Below, one piece after another: positions 58,920 to 64,000 of a stretch of 64,000 nt of DNA. How positions within the stretch are numbered: the first letter of the stretch is position 1; the number at the start of each line of letters is the position of its first letter. The notes under the pieces were generated by a model, which worked only from the letters and a program-made list of their open reading frames with translations, was not told the DNA's origin and made no database searches. The translations under genes were made by a program, and so were the position numbers. Origin of the DNA: Oscillatoriales cyanobacterium SM2_2_1 (GTDB lineage: Bacteria; Cyanobacteriota; Cyanobacteriia; Pseudanabaenales; Pseudanabaenaceae); NCBI GenBank assembly GCA_012031145.1, contig JAAUUH010000004.1, forward strand, positions 182 through 64,181, read 5' to 3'.

Positions 58920-59651
58920 ATGTATACGATTGATGTTAATTTTCTAGACGACCGTATTGTGGTCGGTGGCGACGGAGACCCCGCTGCGCCCATTGCTGAC
59001 CAACAGTTTTTATGGATTGGCGTAGGTGTTGCTGTTGTGGCTCTCGCCATAGTAGGTGGCTACTACACTTTCCTGACCATCCGGGATCAGGCTTTGCAAC
59101 AGGAATTGGCTACCCTAACCAGCGAGGAGAGCAAGCTCAAGTCCGAGCTTGAAGCAATTACTAGAAAGCGAGATGAGGTCAAGCAGATTGAGCAGCGAAC
59201 GGGGCAACTCCTGACTCTGTTTGTCGGGCAATTGCCAACGAATGCAGTTATGGCGGACATTCGTGATCGCACCCCTGCTAAGGTGCAAATTCGGGCTTTT
59301 GATATCGGTGCACCCGCTGCTGTGCCTGGTGTTGCGGCTGTAGCTCCCGTTGTGCGGCTGACCGGCGTGGCTGACAGTGCCGATGATGTGCAATCGTTCC
59401 TCCTGTTGCTTCAAGACTCAAAATTTTTGGATGGCACAAAAACACGTATTAATAGTGTCAGACCCATTGCCCAAGCTGCTGCTGCTGCGGTAGTTGGCGG
59501 TCGGGGTGTTAATCCCCTGTTTGAGTTCACCATTGAGGCATCACTCACGTCTCAAAATGCAGCGCAGTTGCTTCCTGAACTTCAAAAGGCAGGGGCAACA
59601 GGTCTTGTGGAACGGGTACTTTTACTGAAAGAAAAGCAGGTGGTGCAATGA
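58920..59651 (+). CDS. pilN: type IV pilus assembly protein PilN
   Basis: It begins MYTIDVNFLDDR, then one TM helix and a coiled coil. It starts 3 nt after pilM, and its stop overlaps the pilO ATG (ATGA). Confidence 0.85.
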   Translation: MYTIDVNFLDDRIVVGGDGDPAAPIADQQFLWIGVGVAVVALAIVGGYYTFLTIRDQALQQELATLTSEESKLKSELEAITRKRDEVKQIEQRTGQLLTLFVGQLPTNAVMADIRDRTPAKVQIRAFDIGAPAAVPGVAAVAPVVRLTGVADSADDVQSFLLLLQDSKFLDGTKTRINSVRPIAQAAAAAVVGGRGVNPLFEFTIEASLTSQNAAQLLPELQKAGATGLVERVLLLKEKQVVQ

Positions 59652-60397
59652 CAAACGCAGGAGCGATCGCCCAAGAGGGCGGAGGAATTTCCCTGTTTGG
59701 GATCAGTATGACCTCTCGGGTACTTGGTATTCTAATTGGGGTCGCTGGAGTTGGGGTGGCGGGGTTTGGGTATGTTTCCCTCGTTGACCCACTTAAAACA
59801 CAAGTCGATGGCAATGAGGCTTCTATTGCGCAGAAGAAGACTGCAGTCGACCAGCTTAGGGCCGATGTGGCAAGGGGCGCAACCGTTGACACGGAGCTTA
59901 AGGCAGCCCAGGAAAAGAATGCCTTTGTTTTGACTCTGCTACCCAGCGTCGATAACGTTGATACCCTCCTCAAGGACATCACCGATCAGCTTCCTAAATC
60001 TATAGAAGTGACGCTGCCACCCTTTTCCTACCGAATCCCCAATAGCTTGCAGTCTTTCACCCTAGCGCCCCCAGCGACCATTCTTCCGGCTGGCCAGCAA
60101 TTCCGGACTATTTCTGTGAATATCGCCATGGATGCGCCTTTTCCTGATATCCTTACATCGCTGCAAAAGATTGAGCGGCTGCAACCTTTGTTAGCTATTA
60201 AAAATTTCAAGCTAGCTAAAAAAGCCATCCCTCCAGAAGCATTTCAACTTCCCGAAGGATTTGGTTTAGAGGAATCGCAGAAGGCAGCACTTCTTGAAAG
60301 TTTACCGCCACTGTTGACTGCTACTTTTGTAATTGAGGCCTATGTACCTCTCAGTGCAGAGGAAATAGCGGCGCAGGCAGCGGCAAGTACGCCATAG
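59648..60397 (+). CDS. pilO: type IV pilus assembly protein PilO
   Basis: One TM helix (VLGILIGVAGVGVAGFGYV) followed by a coiled coil and an alpha/beta domain. Assigned by its position between pilN and pilQ. Confidence 0.8.
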   Translation: MTNAGAIAQEGGGISLFGISMTSRVLGILIGVAGVGVAGFGYVSLVDPLKTQVDGNEASIAQKKTAVDQLRADVARGATVDTELKAAQEKNAFVLTLLPSVDNVDTLLKDITDQLPKSIEVTLPPFSYRIPNSLQSFTLAPPATILPAGQQFRTISVNIAMDAPFPDILTSLQKIERLQPLLAIKNFKLAKKAIPPEAFQLPEGFGLEESQKAALLESLPPLLTATFVIEAYVPLSAEEIAAQAAASTP

Positions 60398-60510
60398 GGC
60401 GAATTGGGCATTTTTGTGTTGAAAAAACCCGACAGTGGTACAATCTGTGGCCAGATTACGCCATGTTCGGGTATTCACATTGGTAGAGTCGAGTGAGGAG
60501 TTTATTGACG

Positions 60511-62817
60511 ATGAAAACGAAGTCTCTCGCGTGCTGGCTGATGGTTGCCACGATTTGCCCCCAAATCTTCGCGCTGCCCCAAAGCCATGCCGAAACGTCC
60601 CAAATGCCCGTAGAAACCGCTAGTCGGATCACAGGAATTGCCACTCAAGTTGCGGGCGATCGCTTGAATGTAGTGCTTAACTTTGCTAGTAACGACCGTC
60701 CGCAGATTTCCTACAAGCGTCAAGGTGATGCCTGGGTAGCTGAGTTGAATGGTGCGGAGCTGAAGTTGGAAAACGGTAGTCAAACCTTTGCTAAATCCAA
60801 CCCAATTCCTGGTATTCGAGCCGTTGAGGCCAAGCAGGACGGTAACAAAGTGCAACTGCGCGTTACCGCCCCGGATTCCGGATCGGGTAGCGTTATCCAG
60901 AGGAATACACCCAATGGAATCGTGGTGAGTGTCCCGGCACCTAAGACGGAGCCTAGCCAAGTGGTGTCCCAACCGGCCCAAGCCAATCGGCAAGCGACCG
61001 CAACTCCGAAGCCCCTCTTCGATGCTCGAGTGCGGGTGACAGGGGGTAACAAGCCCCAGACAACTGCCCAAACAAATCCCCAGACAATCGCTCAATTTGT
61101 CCCCCCCACGGGTGAGGCAACCCCCCGCAATGTTCCTGATCAACCCGTTCCCGGGCAGCGCTCGATCCCTGGAATCACACCGCCCGTCACACCTCAGGTG
61201 CCGGGTCGGGTTCCTGGACAGGTACCACCCTTCCGTCGGCTGACAGTTCCTCCCACGGGTGATATTGCTGTGAGTGCTGTTAACCTCAGACCTGAGCTGA
61301 TTAACCTGGGAACGGCGGAACGAGTCACCCGTTTGACATTACGGAGTGCCCCAGCGATTGAAGTTCTCACCTTAATTGGCCGTGTTGCTGGACTGAGCGT
61401 GGTTTCGGCAGAGGGTGCCGCCCAAGCCGGCCAGCAGGCAGGGCAGCAGGCCCAGCCCGGTGCCCCGGGAACCGGGATCAGCCAATCGGTCAACCTAGAT
61501 ATTGAGAATGAATCAGCCCAAGATGCCTTTAATAGCATCCTGCGGATTACGGGTTTGCAGGCAAGTCGAATCGGGAACACGATTTTTGTGGCGACCCGAC
61601 TACCCGTCAGTCTCCGCAACGTAGTGAGCCGCAGCTACCGTTTAAATCAGATTTCGGCTGGAGAAGCTTCCGCATTTCTTGTGGGTCTGGGCGCAGAGCG
61701 GGTAATCACCCGCCAACGTCCGATTCCTGGGGTACAGACGGCTCAGTTGGGTACGGCTTCCCAGGCGATCGTGAATGTGCAAACTGAAGCGGTGCCAGTT
61801 TTGGAGCGAGTTCAAGAAACTCCTGATTCTTTGCTCGTGCTCAAGGGTTTGCAAGTGGTGGCAGAGGAGCGTACCAATTCGGTGACCTTGCTGGGTACCC
61901 CGGAACTGGTGAAGTATGCCGAAGCCCAATTGGCTAGAATTGACTTGCGTCGGCGCCAAGTCGCGGTGAATGTGCGGATTGTGGAAGTGGAACTACGCGG
62001 GGATCAGACCTTTGGTAGTTCACTCGCGTTGCAAATTCCTGGGGCGACGACGATCAACTCCACCCTTGGTGTTTTAGGTTTGAGCTTCAATACCAATTCT
62101 GCTGTTGTAAATCCCAATGCGGTCCAATTGGCGGGTTTAATCAATGCCCAAATTGCCAGCGGCAATGCCAAGGTTTTGACTGACCCAACGCTAACCGTCC
62201 AGGAGGGAGAGCAGGCCACGGTGGAGCTCATTGAAGAAGTTCTCACACGGGTTGAGGAAACGACAACACCAGGAAGCGGAGGATCTCCGCCTACTATCAC
62301 CCGAACTGCAACGTTTGAAGACTCAGGGTTGGTTTTGAATGTTCGGGTTGCTCGGGTTGATGACAATGGGTTTGTAAGCCTCTCTATTTCACCAGTGGTA
62401 GCCGTTCCCCTAGGCATCGAACAGATCGGCATCCCAAATTCAACGTCATTTATTCAAGCACGACCAATTTCCCGCCGCACTCTCAACTCTGGGCAAATCC
62501 GTCTTCGTGACAACCAGACCCTGATCCTGTCCGGTGTCATTCGCGATGATGACCGGCAAATTCAGACCAAGGTGCCGATTTTGGGCGACTTGCCTATCAT
62601 CGGAGCCCTATTCCGAGGTGAGCAGAACATTAATCGTCGTAGTGAGGTGTTGATTATTGTCACGCCTAAGATTATTGACGATAGCGAACGTTCTACGTTT
62701 GGATATACCTACCAGCCTGGCTCAGAGGTGCAGAAGGTGCTGGATAGCAATCGCATTTTGGCTCCTGAACAACAGACACCGGATGTGCCCCGGCTCAGCC
62801 CGACGCCGCAGCGCTAA
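60511..62817 (+). CDS. pilQ: type IV pilus secretin PilQ (AMIN domain plus secretin domain)
   Basis: Signal peptide MKTKSLACWLMVATICPQIFALPQSHA, AMIN-like N-domain, Pro-rich linker, and secretin C-domain (...VLTDPTLTVQEGEQA...VPILGDLPIIGALFR...VLIIVTPKII). The ATG lies 10 nt after GAGGAG. Confidence 0.92.
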   Translation: MKTKSLACWLMVATICPQIFALPQSHAETSQMPVETASRITGIATQVAGDRLNVVLNFASNDRPQISYKRQGDAWVAELNGAELKLENGSQTFAKSNPIPGIRAVEAKQDGNKVQLRVTAPDSGSGSVIQRNTPNGIVVSVPAPKTEPSQVVSQPAQANRQATATPKPLFDARVRVTGGNKPQTTAQTNPQTIAQFVPPTGEATPRNVPDQPVPGQRSIPGITPPVTPQVPGRVPGQVPPFRRLTVPPTGDIAVSAVNLRPELINLGTAERVTRLTLRSAPAIEVLTLIGRVAGLSVVSAEGAAQAGQQAGQQAQPGAPGTGISQSVNLDIENESAQDAFNSILRITGLQASRIGNTIFVATRLPVSLRNVVSRSYRLNQISAGEASAFLVGLGAERVITRQRPIPGVQTAQLGTASQAIVNVQTEAVPVLERVQETPDSLLVLKGLQVVAEERTNSVTLLGTPELVKYAEAQLARIDLRRRQVAVNVRIVEVELRGDQTFGSSLALQIPGATTINSTLGVLGLSFNTNSAVVNPNAVQLAGLINAQIASGNAKVLTDPTLTVQEGEQATVELIEEVLTRVEETTTPGSGGSPPTITRTATFEDSGLVLNVRVARVDDNGFVSLSISPVVAVPLGIEQIGIPNSTSFIQARPISRRTLNSGQIRLRDNQTLILSGVIRDDDRQIQTKVPILGDLPIIGALFRGEQNINRRSEVLIIVTPKIIDDSERSTFGYTYQPGSEVQKVLDSNRILAPEQQTPDVPRLSPTPQR

Positions 62818-62855
62818 TCTGTTCAGGCAGTTCTAGTTTTCTCGACTCTATGAAG

Positions 62856-62881
62856 CCCAATCATTACGATTGGGTTTTTTT
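62856..62881 (+). terminator. intrinsic terminator after pilQ
   Basis: CCCAATC-ATTAC-GATTGGG followed by T7, 39 nt after the stop. Confidence 0.75.
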
Positions 62882-62890
62882 ATTCCGATT

Positions 62891-62985
62891 TATAGTCATT
62901 CTAAATAGCTATGAGACAGTTTGAATCCTTGGAAATATCACCTGAAGCAAGTTGGATTGTCTCGTTTTTATTTGAAATGACTATA
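62891..62985. repeat. 95-bp MITE-like element with terminal inverted repeats
   Basis: The left arm is TATAGTCATTCTAAATAGCTATGAGACA. The reverse complement of the right arm is TATAGTCATTTCAAATAAAAACGAGACA. The first 10 nt are identical and about 20 of 28 positions match overall. Confidence 0.6.
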
Positions 62986-63095
62986 TAGCTATATTCAGGT
63001 AGGTTTGGACATCAAAGGAAAAGGGGGTTTGGGGGCAGCGCCCAGCCAGGGGTTTCACCCCTGCGCCCTGTCCTAACCAAGTTACTTACAGCCAC
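62985..63095. repeat. MITE-like intergenic repeat, copy B (inverted relative to 15695..15790)
   Basis: See copy A. It carries an extra internal hairpin, CAGGGGTGAAACCCCTG on the reverse strand. It abuts the 62891..62985 element. Confidence 0.7.
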
Positions 63096-63152
63096 ACTTT
63101 CAAAGCTCCAATATATATTTTTTGACACTTTGATTTTGGTGATTCTGGCGTT

Positions 63153-63926
63153 CTAAAATTGCCGCCTACCAAAAATTAACATGGCTAAAGCTAAAACCAA
63201 CAGGGCATAGGAAAGGATATATACGCCGTTTTGAAATAGTTCCATCGCGCTCGGTAGGACACTATGGACAGCTTCATTTTTGAAATTAGCGCGGGATAGG
63301 TCAGGAAGGAGGAGATAGAGGGTGCGGGTGATTTGCTGTACAGCTTCATTGCGGGAAACTTCGCCGAGGGATAAAAGATCGCGACTGAAATTGCCGACAA
63401 AGTAGGAGGCTAGGGTTAACAGAGCGGCGATGAGCGAACTGGTAAAACTGCCGAATAAAATGGCGATCGCCCCTAGCAGCATCAGTTGCCAAAAAATAAA
63501 AAAACAGGCAATCAGGACTTCTGTGACTGGAAATGTAATTCCGCGAATTGCTAAGACGAGGGCGTAAATGCAGGTCATGAGGGCAACTATGAGGGCGAGG
63601 ATGCCGGTGATGCCCAAGTGTTTACCGACCACAAATTCTGCCCGGCTCATGGGCTTAGCCACCAAAACAAAAATGGTGCGTTTTTCGATTTCTTTGTTGA
63701 TCAGGTTGGTGCCAACAAAAATGGCCACAATCAGAGCCACAATCTCGATCGCCGCAATGCCTGTATCAACGATCATTTTCCCGGATCCCTCTGACGAAAA
63801 TTCATGGAGGAAGAAACTGGCAGCTACCAAAATCAGGGAATAGAGCAGCGTCAGATAGAGCACTTGCTCCCGTAACGTTTCCCGAAATACATTGCCGGCG
63901 ATCGCCCAAATGCGTCCCATGTTCAT
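63153..63926 (-). CDS. ABC-2 type transporter permease
   Basis: 257 aa with 6 TM. The N-terminus IWAIAGNVFRETLREQVLYLTLLY is typical of NosY/ABC-2 permeases. It follows an upstream ORF that ends at 63937. Confidence 0.6.
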   Translation of the reverse strand: MNMGRIWAIAGNVFRETLREQVLYLTLLYSLILVAASFFLHEFSSEGSGKMIVDTGIAAIEIVALIVAIFVGTNLINKEIEKRTIFVLVAKPMSRAEFVVGKHLGITGILALIVALMTCIYALVLAIRGITFPVTEVLIACFFIFWQLMLLGAIAILFGSFTSSLIAALLTLASYFVGNFSRDLLSLGEVSRNEAVQQITRTLYLLLPDLSRANFKNEAVHSVLPSAMELFQNGVYILSYALLVLALAMLIFGRRQF

Positions 63927-63936
63927 CGCCCGTTAC

Positions 63937-64000
63937 CTATGCGCCCAAAATGCAATCAATGACTTGGGAGGGGGGAATCTCTGCCATGGTTTTACCGTCG
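63937..64000 (-). CDS. 3' end of an upstream gene (possibly the cognate ABC ATPase); runs off the right edge
   Basis: An open minus-strand frame reads ...DGKTMAEIPPSQVIDCILGA* and stops 10 nt before the permease ATG. It is too short for a family call. Confidence 0.3.
   Translation of the reverse strand, partial: DGKTMAEIPPSQVIDCILGA

Overview
Chromosomal segment of a cyanobacterium. The HIP1 octamer GCGATCGC recurs in almost every gene, and psaD, petJ, orange carotenoid protein, crtR, ferrochelatase and an NtcA-type glnA promoter are present. There are about 55 protein genes at high coding density and one tRNA-Leu(CAA). I found no rRNA, CRISPR array, transposase or integrase. Most genes are housekeeping or photosynthesis genes, but two motility/secretion modules stand out. 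(i) At 33.0-44.9 kb on the minus strand, a 3009-aa protein with a pilin-like N-terminal segment is followed by three prepilin-type pseudopilin genes (hpsA-D-like). (ii) At 56.0-62.8 kb on the plus strand, an HmpF-like coiled-coil gene sits directly upstream of pilMNOQ. Four otherwise intact conserved genes (glnA, an aminotransferase, smc and a small secreted protein) are each split by one missing base, and a dedA gene carries several lesions. This pattern looks more like indel error in the assembly than biology, but one sequence cannot settle it. Intergenic regions carry MITE-like repeats, a 63-bp-periodic GGTTCC array and short tandem repeats. All family assignments come from reading the translations and from memory of the families; no database search was run.
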